From: Minisyncoccia bacterium
Lineage (GTDB): Bacteria > Patescibacteriota > Minisyncoccia > Phycocordibacterales > UBA918
Assembly (NCBI GenBank): GCA_041738755.1
Contig: JBGSPE010000005.1
Span: 143,872 to 207,871 of the forward strand
Length of the DNA: 64,000 bases
Reading direction: 5' to 3'
Below the pieces are notes generated by a model. It had not been told where the DNA came from. It saw only the letters and a list, made by a program, of their open reading frames with translations, and ran no database searches. A program made the translations under genes and the position numbers. Positions within the stretch are counted from its first letter, which is position 1. Each line of letters opens with the position of its first letter. Positions 48,931-58,403 of this stretch are shown here, piece after piece.

Positions 48931-49956
48931 ATGATTACATTTAAACCAAAGCAAGCCACCAAAAGCCTCCTAGAGGTACTGCCTGACCGAGCACGTGATG
49001 TGCTTGAGAAGCGTTATGGTCTCGGAAAAGACGGTGAAACCTACACGCTTGAGGCAATTGGAAAGTCATACGGCATTACCCGTGAACGAGTCCGACAAAT
49101 TGAAAACTACGGAATTCAATCAATTCAAAAGTCAGAAGCGTATAAAAAGCACTTTGATTTATTTATTGAAATGCAAAAACTCATCGATCAGCTTGGCGGT
49201 GGTGTCATTGCAGAACACGTTCTCTTGGACGAATTGAGCTCTGAACCGAGCATGCGTAATCATATCTACTTCCTCCTCATTGTTGGTGATCCGTTCTACA
49301 AGAGCAAGGAAAACCCACACTACGAACACCGATGGTTTACTGAACGAAAGGTAGCCGAAATGGTAGAAAAGGCACTCAAGAACGTCCATAAGGGACTAGA
49401 ACGAGACGCGCTTATTTCTGAATCAGAAATCCTCAATCGCTTCAAAACTGAACTCATTGAAATCTCAGGTGAACACGACGAGGAAATCCTCCGCCGGTGG
49501 TTAAATATTTCAAAACAAATCGGACGTAACCCGCTCGGTGATTGGGGACCAGCTGATAGTCCAAATATTCGCGTAAAGGGAATTCGAGACTACGCCTACT
49601 TGGCGGTAAAGCGACACGGTTCACCAATGCACTTCCGAGAAGTTGCAAAGACGATTCGTGAGCTGTTTGAACACGAAGCGCATGTAGCAACGACCCACAA
49701 CGAGCTCATCAAAGACGAACGATTTGTCTTGGTGGGACGAGGACTCTATGCGCTCTCTGAATGGGGATATACCGCCGGAGTTGTAAAGGATGTCTTGCGA
49801 GAAATCCTAGCAACTGATGGACCACTGTCACGTGAAGAAATCATTGATAAGGTTCGAAAGGAACGATACGTAAAAGACAACACCATTTTGGTAAATCTTC
49901 AAGACGTTAATCTTTTCAAACGACTACCAAACGGCACCTACGCCATCGCTGACTAA
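48931..49956 (+). CDS. Sigma70 region-4 HTH fused to HARE-HTH/RNAP delta-like winged helices
   Basis: RYGL...TLEAIG..YGITRERVRQIE; HNELIKDERFVLVGRGLYALSEWGY. Confidence 0.8.
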   Translation: MITFKPKQATKSLLEVLPDRARDVLEKRYGLGKDGETYTLEAIGKSYGITRERVRQIENYGIQSIQKSEAYKKHFDLFIEMQKLIDQLGGGVIAEHVLLDELSSEPSMRNHIYFLLIVGDPFYKSKENPHYEHRWFTERKVAEMVEKALKNVHKGLERDALISESEILNRFKTELIEISGEHDEEILRRWLNISKQIGRNPLGDWGPADSPNIRVKGIRDYAYLAVKRHGSPMHFREVAKTIRELFEHEAHVATTHNELIKDERFVLVGRGLYALSEWGYTAGVVKDVLREILATDGPLSREEIIDKVRKERYVKDNTILVNLQDVNLFKRLPNGTYAIAD

Positions 49957-50019
49957 CAACTAACTCCCGGTTTACTCCGGGAGTTTTTTGGTAATGGTGT
50001 ACAATAGTAGCAAAACTAT

Positions 50020-51348
50020 ATGGGTGATTTGTTCAAAGCCATTTTTGGAACGATAGCCGGTCCACTCTTTTTGATTGCTGGGATTGGGATTATCTTCTTC
50101 ACCTTCCGCACCATCAACGTGGACTTTTTACCTGTCCTCACTTTGATAGTAGCGCTCTCACCACTCTGGCTACCGATTTCATTGTTTTATCTCACCTTTG
50201 ATAGATGGGTAGAATTTGTACAGCTTAAATTTCAAGATACCCAAGGCCGGGTAACACTACGAATCAAGCTGCCACAAGACGTCTTCAAGTCTCCTGAAGC
50301 GATGGAGAGCGTATTTACACAGATATTTAACCCTAACCCTTCAGATAACCTTTTGCAGACGTTTATTGACGGAAAACACCCACTGACTTCATGCTTCGAA
50401 TTGGTGTCAGTGGGTGGGGAAGTACGATTTTATGCCAACGTACCGCGTAAGAAGGTAAAGAATGCGCTCGAAGCTCAGCTCTACGCCCAGTATCCCGGTA
50501 TTGAAGTCGTGGAAGAAACCATCGACTACACGGCGGAGATTAAAAATGACCTCAACCTATACGAGTGGATGTCATTTCACATTGGAAAAAAAGGTGATGA
50601 AGTACTACCAATCAAGACCTATATAGATTTTGGTCTCGACCGAATGCCAAAAGAAGAAGAAAAGTTTGAACCAATGGCTCCGCTTCTTGAACACCTTGGA
50701 AAATGTAAACCGCACGAACGGATTTGGATTCAAATCATGCTTACACCACACGTAAAGCGAAATCTTAAAAACGGTAACCTCGGAGAGACAGCGACCTGGG
50801 AAGGGAAGGTGGCTAAAAAAATCGATGAAATGATGGGGCGTGAGAAAACCTCAGCCAGTTCAGCTGAATACGAAACCAAGACCACACTTACCATGGGTGA
50901 ACGGGATACCATCGCTGCTATTCAACGTAATGCGAGTAAATTTGCCTATGAAGTAGTTATTCGTGCTATGTATATCTCAGAAGCAGGAAAATTTGATGGT
51001 GAAATGATTGGGCCACTGCTGCGCTCATTTTCTCAGTACGATATGATTGGTCGAAATCAGTTCGGTCTCCAGTGGCGAACCGACTTTGATTACAACTTCA
51101 TTTCAGACCCCTCTGGCAAACGAAAACGATTCCATAAAACTCGTGAGATGGACTTTTATAAAGGTCGCAATTACCTACCGGGTGATGTAAAAAACTTCAA
51201 CGATAAGCCAAAAGTAATGTCAGTTGAAGAACTAGCGACATTTTTCCATATCCCTGGAAAGGCTATTGTGACACCAGCTGTTACTCGTGTAGAATCACTC
51301 CGTAAAGATGCACCAGCCAACTTACCAGTCGGAGTCCCAGATTTTTAA
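50020..51348 (+). CDS. Conserved membrane-anchored hypothetical protein (CPR-type)
   Basis: N-terminal TM helices; KSPEAME, YAQYP..E, LPIKTY, EELATFFHIP, AP.NLP. Confidence 0.7.
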   Translation: MGDLFKAIFGTIAGPLFLIAGIGIIFFTFRTINVDFLPVLTLIVALSPLWLPISLFYLTFDRWVEFVQLKFQDTQGRVTLRIKLPQDVFKSPEAMESVFTQIFNPNPSDNLLQTFIDGKHPLTSCFELVSVGGEVRFYANVPRKKVKNALEAQLYAQYPGIEVVEETIDYTAEIKNDLNLYEWMSFHIGKKGDEVLPIKTYIDFGLDRMPKEEEKFEPMAPLLEHLGKCKPHERIWIQIMLTPHVKRNLKNGNLGETATWEGKVAKKIDEMMGREKTSASSAEYETKTTLTMGERDTIAAIQRNASKFAYEVVIRAMYISEAGKFDGEMIGPLLRSFSQYDMIGRNQFGLQWRTDFDYNFISDPSGKRKRFHKTREMDFYKGRNYLPGDVKNFNDKPKVMSVEELATFFHIPGKAIVTPAVTRVESLRKDAPANLPVGVPDF

Positions 51349-51361
51349 TTAACCTTTTCGC

Positions 51362-52375
51362 ATGACAGAAGTATTGAATGAAATAGCCGACGATACAGTA
51401 GGTGTAAAGCAAAGTCGAACGTACGTTACCTACCTGCTTAGTGTAGTTATTATTGGCTTACTACTAGCACTTGGAGTCCTTGCCTATGGGTACGTGGAAA
51501 ACAAACCACCTGCTTCATTTGTCACCCCAGCTACCGTCATTATTGAACCGGGAACGAATGTAAAAGCTATAGCGGAGCAATTAGAATCTGAAGGAATTGT
51601 AAAATCAGGTACCTTGCTTTACTTGGCGGTAGTCTTATTCTTTGAACCAACTGATGTGAAAGCAAGTAGCTATGTGTTTGATGAGCCACTCACCACGTAT
51701 GAAATAGCGCTTCGCTTGACACAAGGTGACTTCGATAGCGATTTGGTTCGATTTACTCACATTGAAGGTGAGCGCGTAAAAAGTATTGCAAAACGAGCAG
51801 AAGCATCTCTGAAGAACTTCAATGCGGAAGAGTTTGTTCAGTTGGCCGAAGGGAGCGAGGGACGTCTCTATCCTGAAACATACTTTATTCCGGCAGATTT
51901 CTCGGCGGAACAATTGTATGCTCTGATGAAAGAAACCTTTGATTCTAAACTTGCACCCTTGACCGACGAAATTGAAGCTCACCCACTTACCCTTGATGAG
52001 ATACTAACCCTAGCCTCAATCATCGAACGCGAAGCTAATTCACCTGAGTCCATGGGGTTTGTCTCGGGCATTCTCCAGAATCGATTAACAATCAATATGC
52101 CACTCCAGGCCGACGCCTCAATTGAATACATTTTGGATAAGCCACTACAAGAACTGGTACCAGAAGATTTAGAAATTGACTCTCCGTACAATACCTATCT
52201 CTACCGCGGACTACCGCCAACACCAATTGGTAATCCTGGCCTTTCCGCAATTGAGGCTGTCCTTCGACCGACTGAATCAGAGTACTTTTTCTATCTCACT
52301 GATGATGCCGGAAATTTCTACTACGCTGTTACCTACGACGAGCACTTGGATAATATTGAACGGTATTTACGCTAA
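51362..52375 (+). CDS. mltG: Endolytic transglycosylase MltG
   Basis: EG.LYPETY, LASIIERE, LQADAS, SPYNTY.Y.GLPPTPIGNPG. Confidence 0.95.
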   Translation: MTEVLNEIADDTVGVKQSRTYVTYLLSVVIIGLLLALGVLAYGYVENKPPASFVTPATVIIEPGTNVKAIAEQLESEGIVKSGTLLYLAVVLFFEPTDVKASSYVFDEPLTTYEIALRLTQGDFDSDLVRFTHIEGERVKSIAKRAEASLKNFNAEEFVQLAEGSEGRLYPETYFIPADFSAEQLYALMKETFDSKLAPLTDEIEAHPLTLDEILTLASIIEREANSPESMGFVSGILQNRLTINMPLQADASIEYILDKPLQELVPEDLEIDSPYNTYLYRGLPPTPIGNPGLSAIEAVLRPTESEYFFYLTDDAGNFYYAVTYDEHLDNIERYLR

Positions 52376-52401
52376 CTGGTAGTCGTGGTAGCGTTTCGGT
52401 A

Positions 52402-53475
52402 ATGCGTAAAAAAGAAACAGTATTTGTTGGTCTCTCCGGTGGCGTTGATTCGTCTGTGGCGGCTCTGCGACTCAAGAAGCAAGGCTATCAGGTAGTTGGT
52501 GTCTTTATTAAAGTCTGGCATCCAGACTTTATGGTGTGTAACTGGGAGGCGGAACGACTTGATGCTATGCGAGTAGCTGCTCATTTAGAAATACCATTTC
52601 TAACCTGCGATGCCGAAGCTGCCTATCGTGACGAAGTGGCTCACTACTTTATCTCAGAATACCAAGCAGGAAGAACCCCAAACCCAGATATTTTATGTAA
52701 CAAAGAAGTAAAGTTTGGTCGGTTTTTAGAATTTGCTACCGAGCGCGGTGCGGACTATATTGCGACCGGACATTACGTACAACGTATGGATGGAGCGCAC
52801 GGACCGGAATTACACCGGGGCATCGATACAAACAAAGATCAATCCTACTTTCTTTGGTCACTCTCAAACAATCAACTTACAAAAGCGCTCTTTCCGGTCG
52901 GAAACAGTGAGAAGTCAGTTATTAGAGATGAAGCACGGAAAGCCGGTATCCCTACGGCGACAAAGAAAGACAGTCAGGGAGTGTGTTTTCTTGGACACAT
53001 TGATATACCAGAATTTCTTTCTCACTATACTGAACTTATTCCTGGTGAAGTTTTAAACATAAACAATGAAGTAATTGGTACCCATAAAGGAGCCTTGGTA
53101 TACACCCTCGGCCAACGTCACGGCTTTACGCTCCATACCACCGACGCCGCCCGTACTGAAATGTATGTTGTTCGTAAAGATGTCGCGGCAAACACAATCA
53201 CCGTTGACTCGACTATTAGTCAGCTTGAGAAAGACGATACGCTTACCTTGCACCAAACAGAGCTCCGAACAGAGCTCCGAACAGATGTTGTTGCTGGCGC
53301 AAAACTTGAAGCACAGTTTCGCTACCGCCAAAAACCATTTACAGTCACAGTCAAAGAAGTTGCCAATGGGTCACTGACACTTACTTTAGATGAACATTCC
53401 GAACGACCAGCCAGTGGCCAGTCATGTGTGCTTTACTTAGGTTCTTTGTGTATCGGAGGTGGTATTATTGAATGA
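52402..53475 (+). CDS. mnmA: tRNA 2-thiouridine(34) synthase
   Basis: SGGVDSS, TPNPDILCN, ATGHY, KDQSYFL, KKDSQGVCF, YTLGQR. Confidence 0.96.
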   Translation: MRKKETVFVGLSGGVDSSVAALRLKKQGYQVVGVFIKVWHPDFMVCNWEAERLDAMRVAAHLEIPFLTCDAEAAYRDEVAHYFISEYQAGRTPNPDILCNKEVKFGRFLEFATERGADYIATGHYVQRMDGAHGPELHRGIDTNKDQSYFLWSLSNNQLTKALFPVGNSEKSVIRDEARKAGIPTATKKDSQGVCFLGHIDIPEFLSHYTELIPGEVLNINNEVIGTHKGALVYTLGQRHGFTLHTTDAARTEMYVVRKDVAANTITVDSTISQLEKDDTLTLHQTELRTELRTDVVAGAKLEAQFRYRQKPFTVTVKEVANGSLTLTLDEHSERPASGQSCVLYLGSLCIGGGIIE

Positions 53476-53515
53476 ACAAATGTCCCGCAGGGACATATTG
53501 TGAATTTTACCACCA

Positions 53516-53646
53516 GAGTATTTCCGTTTTTATAGTCGAGTAAACTCTTCTTAAAAACTAGGTCATCCAGGCGCTTAGGTCATTCTGACCCCCGAGGGAA
53601 GAATGGCCTGTAGCGAGCTGGAAAGGAGCTCTTTATTTTAATACTC
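53516..53646. ncRNA. Candidate structured RNA (unassigned)
   Basis: Closing stem GAGTATT/AATACTC encloses two internal hairpins, one with G-U pairs. Confidence 0.3.
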
Positions 53647-53664
53647 CAATCCCTTTATCTTTCA

Positions 53665-54498
53665 ATGTCACACAATATCGTAAAGAAAGCCGACGGTACC
53701 ACCGAATATTTTAAGGTTGAAAAATTACGCCGCTCGCTCAGGCGAGCTGGTGCAGCGCCCGATGAGATAAACGAAATCATTGCCGAAGTTGAAACGACGA
53801 TGTATGACGGGATATTAACCCAAGAAATCTATCGCCAAGCCTTCACGCTTCTGCGAAATTTCCAACCACCAGCCGCTGCCAGATACTCACTACGGCGAGC
53901 ATTATTTGGACTCGGGCCAACTGGTTTTCCGTTTGAACGCTTCTTGGGACGATTGTTTGAACATGACGGATACACCACCGTTACCGGAACCACTATTGAA
54001 GGTCACTGCGCTACCCATGAAATCGATATTGCTGCCTATAACGATACCCATAGTTTTGTTGGTGAGGCAAAATTTCACGCCAGACCCGGGGTTAAAACTG
54101 ATTTGCAAGTTGCTATGTACTCATACGCCAGATTGCTTGATCTCAAAGAAGCCAAAGTATGTAGCGCTGATATCTGTGGAGTTAAAGAATTCTGGCTTAT
54201 CACCAATACCAAATTTACCTCTGCGGCCGAGCGCTACGGTATGTGTGTTGGATTGCACCTTTTAAGCTGGGACTTTCCACGCAATAACAACCTTCATGAC
54301 CGTATCCAGAAGGCTCGCCTGTATCCAATCACTGTTCTCCAATCTCTTACAGCAGCTCAAATTGCGACTCTCATCCAACGTGACGTCATTTTGTGCCAAG
54401 ATATTATGAATAAACCCCATATTTTAAGGCATTTGCACCTAACCCCCAAAAAGCAAGAACGGGTCATGTACGAGGTTTCAGAAATCTGTAAATCATAA
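53665..54498 (+). CDS. ATP-cone domain fused to an Mrr-like restriction endonuclease domain
   Basis: IVKKADG..E.F...KL..SL ATP cone; GFPFE, HEIDI, EAKFH, LITNTKFT. Confidence 0.85.
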   Translation: MSHNIVKKADGTTEYFKVEKLRRSLRRAGAAPDEINEIIAEVETTMYDGILTQEIYRQAFTLLRNFQPPAAARYSLRRALFGLGPTGFPFERFLGRLFEHDGYTTVTGTTIEGHCATHEIDIAAYNDTHSFVGEAKFHARPGVKTDLQVAMYSYARLLDLKEAKVCSADICGVKEFWLITNTKFTSAAERYGMCVGLHLLSWDFPRNNNLHDRIQKARLYPITVLQSLTAAQIATLIQRDVILCQDIMNKPHILRHLHLTPKKQERVMYEVSEICKS

Positions 54499-54594
54499 AA
54501 CCAGCAGGGAAGGGACCAAATGTCAATATTTTAAGGGTTATTTGCTGTGATATACTCACAGTATTAATTAATTCAGCAATCAATAAATATTTGT

Positions 54595-55116
54595 ATGGTA
54601 GATGTAAATAAAGACAGCCAGAAGACAATCGTCGCTTTTGTTGTCGGACTCCTTATCGGTGGACTTATCGTTTCAGCTTTTTCAGGTGGTGAAAAAATGA
54701 CTGATAAAATGGAAGAGAAGAACGGGGAAGAAGTAATGGTTGAAGAAGAGATGGAAAAGACTGAAGAGGTAACTGAAGAAGAAACAGCTCCGGCTCTTGA
54801 AGTTGGTGAAGGTAAGGTAGCCGTTAATAATCAAGCAGCGAGCCGTTCAATTGCAATTGAAAGCGCTGTCTACCCAGTCAGTGAAGGGTGGATTGGTGTA
54901 CGAGATTACCAAGAAGGAAACCTCGGTCGAATCCTTGGTGTTGTTCGATTCAGTGAATCACAAGGACTTGTACCAAAGGACATCATCCTACAAACAAGCA
55001 CCATCGCAGGACGTGAATACGCAGTTGTTATCTACACAGAAAACGGTGACTTTGACTTTAGCCTCGCTGACGACGTCCAAATCGATACTATCTTCGATAC
55101 CTTCTCTGCTGAATAA
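54595..55116 (+). CDS. Membrane-anchored acidic hypothetical protein
   Basis: N-terminal TM, Glu-rich linker, beta-rich C-terminal domain. Confidence 0.7.
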   Translation: MVDVNKDSQKTIVAFVVGLLIGGLIVSAFSGGEKMTDKMEEKNGEEVMVEEEMEKTEEVTEEETAPALEVGEGKVAVNNQAASRSIAIESAVYPVSEGWIGVRDYQEGNLGRILGVVRFSESQGLVPKDIILQTSTIAGREYAVVIYTENGDFDFSLADDVQIDTIFDTFSAE

Positions 55117-55125
55117 GCATCACAC

Positions 55126-55168
55126 ATATCACAAAAAGGGCCGGCTTCGCCGGCCCTTTTTGTGATAT
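55126..55168 (+). terminator. Perfect 20-bp stem terminator
   Basis: ATATCACAAAAAGGGCCGGC-ttc-GCCGGCCCTTTTTGTGATAT. Confidence 0.85.
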
Positions 55169-55179
55169 ATTTATGACAC

Positions 55180-58100
55180 ATGAGCGGTGAGACATTTCTC
55201 CACAGAAAAGACACGAACCTGCAAAAGAGTGAGCCGGTGTCGAAGGCGGTTGAGAAACGAGACAGGCTGAACCGTTTTGCGCGAGAAGAACTGTTAGAAA
55301 CAGAACCTGATAAAGACTCAGAAGAAGTAAAGACAGGACTCGAGGAACTTAAAAAAACTCCCAATACACCTGAAGCCAGAGTTGGTGCGTACCTAAAGCG
55401 CCTAGAAAGAATTTTTTTGGACCAATCAAAGCTTTTTTCTGGTACTGAACATGAGGAATCTAAAGCGACTCGTAATCTTGAACTGTTAAAGCCATATATT
55501 TATGAAGAATTTACTCTTAAAGAAGAGGATTTACCCGACCGCCACTTTGAACTACAGCGACAAATTGCGCGTGAGCAAGGTCGAGACTACCCAGAGATAA
55601 TTTCAAAGGAGCAACGACACGAAGTCTTTGAAAAAATATCACAAGATCAGAAGCATTCGCTTGATTTCTGGATGAATTATCTGACTGGACCAGACGCCTT
55701 ATATCCAACCTGGTTTAAGTTTTTTGCCATAAAGTCAATTCTTGGTCTCTCTGAATTTGATAAAAAAGAACATAAATTTCCCAAACGTACAAAATCAACC
55801 ACGGGCCTTTTCCCTGATTTAAATGCCGAAGCTCTGGCGTATGTCTGTGAGTTTTTGGAAAAACAAATTCAAAAAATACCACTAGAAAACCCGATACCAA
55901 AACCTGATAACCCCCATGCTGAAGAGCAAAAACCTGTCACAGACGAAGAGTTTCAATCTATAATCACCTCAGAAAACTTTGGTAAATACTACGCATTTAC
56001 CTTAGAGCACATGACCTCACAAAAAGAGCTTTGGCCAGAAACACGAGGCGAGTGGCGCACGTTTACCAAGGGAGAAGACGCCGAGCTAGTAAAATCCCTC
56101 CAGGGCAAAGGCACGGGCTGGTGTACGGCCGGAGCCGGGATGGCAGAAAATCAACTCTCGAGAGGTGAATTTCATGTGTACTATTCTCTTGATAAGCTGG
56201 GACAACCAACTATCCCACGACTAGCAATTCGGATGGAAGATGAGGAAATAGTTGAAGTACGTGGCGTTGACCAAAATCAAAATACCGATCCGTATATCTT
56301 ACCGGTTCTAGAGGAAAAACTTCCAGAGTTTGGAGCCCAAGGAGAGAAGTACTTAAAAACTGCAGCCGATACAGAACTGCTTACACAGATTGACCAACGA
56401 ATTACTGCTAGGGAAGAATTGACTACTCAAGATTTACGATTCCTGTATGAGGTTGACGATAGTATTTCCACCTTTAGACAATTTGGAGCTGATCCACGTA
56501 TAAAAGAATTACTACAGGATAGAGATTGGATGACAGATATGCAAACAATCTTTAACACTGTCTCGCCAACAGAAGTTGCACAGGCTCTTCAGGCTAAAAA
56601 TAAATCCGCTTTTTTGCTACGAAACATAGAAAAATTTACTAAATTACCTACTGACATCGCCCTTTCATTTATCACTACCGGAGCAGCTAGTGCAATTATT
56701 AGAAATTGGGATGTTTTTGAAGATCTGAATCAACCCGAGATTATTGATGCCTTAATTTTAAACAATAGAAGTGCGGAGCTAATTTTTAATCTTGAAAGAT
56801 TTGATTGCGTTCCTCAAGAAGAAATCGCACACAAAATTATCGACAAAGGTGCTGGTAGATATATTGCTCAAAACTTAGACCAATTTACGGAAGTAGATCA
56901 ACATATCATTTATCAAGAACTACTTAAGCGTAATTTACACTCAACAATTGCGGATAATGCTGAGAAATTCGATAATCTAGACCTGAATAAAATTGCCTAT
57001 GAACTGATTGAAAACGGTTCAATCAAAGATGTCTTAGATAATTACCATAACTTTAAAAATTTTGATGATCAATTTGTGGCAGAATGTGCGGTGCCTGGAA
57101 ACCTAAGTCACCTTGCCAAAAACTTACGTAAATTTAAAAGAATCGAAGGTGAGGCAGTTTTAGATAAACTCATTTCACAAAATTTTGGGGACGCGGTCGC
57201 TGAAAATATAGAAGTATTTGTAGATGCAAACAAGCAAGATGTGGTAGACCGACTAATCGAAAAGAAACAAATTTTTGGCATTTTAGCAAAGCTTGGTAGC
57301 TATAGCGATATCCAGTTAGATATGGATGTGATTGGTGATATTTACCTTGAACAGTTACTATCCAATACCATTGCCCCTATTTACTTAAAAGAATTTCCGT
57401 TAGAGACACAACGCAATTATGCCGACACTTTAGTTCGTGAAGGAAAAACGAAGCAAATTACTGATTCAATAAAATATATTGATAATAGCCTGCATAAAGA
57501 AATATCCCTTAATATAGCCAATAAACTTGATGAGGAGTCTGAACAGAACCCGAGAAGAAAACTAGATTACCTTGCTATATTTGGTAAGTATAGTGAATTT
57601 AGAGAGATTGAGACATCAGTTGCGTTTAAAATTTTAAGTCTGGACAGATACAAATCAGTCGTAAGCAATCTTGAAAAATACCCAGATTTAGATCATCAAG
57701 AATTAGCCGATAGAATTGGCCCTTCAAAAATGTGGTATGCATTAGCAAATGCAAAACTTTTCGGGCTTAGTCAAGAGACATTTGAACTATTAATGACAAC
57801 ACCCGCAGATGATTCAGAAGGGAGAGGCGTAAATTTCCACTATCTGTTTCAATGCATTGATTCATTTATCATTACTGACCATCTCAAAATTGCTGAAAAA
57901 TTAATTGCTCTAGACCAACGAGAGCAATTGGCAAATAATCTTGATAAGTTAAAAGACTTACCCTTTACAATTGCCAATAACTTATTGCCAGACTATGGAC
58001 ATAAGATAATCAAAAATTTTGACGCCTTCTTACCGTTAGACAAACTTAAAATAGCAGACAGACTACTTGAAGAGGGTTATGCTGCCGCAGTAGCAAAAAA

Positions 58101-58344
58101 TCTATCTGAACTTAAAGATATAAATCATCAGCAGATCGTAATAAGACTTATTAAAAATGGCAACGCGTCTGAAATTGCAAAAAATTATAGTGGGTATGGG
58201 GCATTAAACCTAAATCATCAAGAAATTGCACAGACTCTCATTGAAAATGGTAAAACGAGATATGTTCGATCACTTCTCCCATATTTAGATGGACTATCCG
58301 AAGAAATTTTAGAAAAAGTAAATCTTTCAGAGCAAGAAGACTGA
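55180..58344 (+). CDS. Large hypothetical protein: conserved N-terminal domain (GTGWCTAG) plus ~28-aa helical repeats
   Basis: 1054 aa; repeats of IA..LIE.G....IA.NL..F..L in the C-terminal half. Confidence 0.75.
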   Translation: MSGETFLHRKDTNLQKSEPVSKAVEKRDRLNRFAREELLETEPDKDSEEVKTGLEELKKTPNTPEARVGAYLKRLERIFLDQSKLFSGTEHEESKATRNLELLKPYIYEEFTLKEEDLPDRHFELQRQIAREQGRDYPEIISKEQRHEVFEKISQDQKHSLDFWMNYLTGPDALYPTWFKFFAIKSILGLSEFDKKEHKFPKRTKSTTGLFPDLNAEALAYVCEFLEKQIQKIPLENPIPKPDNPHAEEQKPVTDEEFQSIITSENFGKYYAFTLEHMTSQKELWPETRGEWRTFTKGEDAELVKSLQGKGTGWCTAGAGMAENQLSRGEFHVYYSLDKLGQPTIPRLAIRMEDEEIVEVRGVDQNQNTDPYILPVLEEKLPEFGAQGEKYLKTAADTELLTQIDQRITAREELTTQDLRFLYEVDDSISTFRQFGADPRIKELLQDRDWMTDMQTIFNTVSPTEVAQALQAKNKSAFLLRNIEKFTKLPTDIALSFITTGAASAIIRNWDVFEDLNQPEIIDALILNNRSAELIFNLERFDCVPQEEIAHKIIDKGAGRYIAQNLDQFTEVDQHIIYQELLKRNLHSTIADNAEKFDNLDLNKIAYELIENGSIKDVLDNYHNFKNFDDQFVAECAVPGNLSHLAKNLRKFKRIEGEAVLDKLISQNFGDAVAENIEVFVDANKQDVVDRLIEKKQIFGILAKLGSYSDIQLDMDVIGDIYLEQLLSNTIAPIYLKEFPLETQRNYADTLVREGKTKQITDSIKYIDNSLHKEISLNIANKLDEESEQNPRRKLDYLAIFGKYSEFREIETSVAFKILSLDRYKSVVSNLEKYPDLDHQELADRIGPSKMWYALANAKLFGLSQETFELLMTTPADDSEGRGVNFHYLFQCIDSFIITDHLKIAEKLIALDQREQLANNLDKLKDLPFTIANNLLPDYGHKIIKNFDAFLPLDKLKIADRLLEEGYAAAVAKNLSELKDINHQQIVIRLIKNGNASEIAKNYSGYGALNLNHQEIAQTLIENGKTRYVRSLLPYLDGLSEEILEKVNLSEQED

Positions 58345-58403
58345 ACCAGTAATAATTATAGTCGTTAATTTATCACCTCTAAGTTGGTGTTATAATCATA
58401 GAT

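Noticed and set aside
53566-53622. SRP (4.5S) RNA
   Set aside because: The hairpin is superficially similar but lacks the conserved CAGG...GNRA...AGCAG domain-IV motif.
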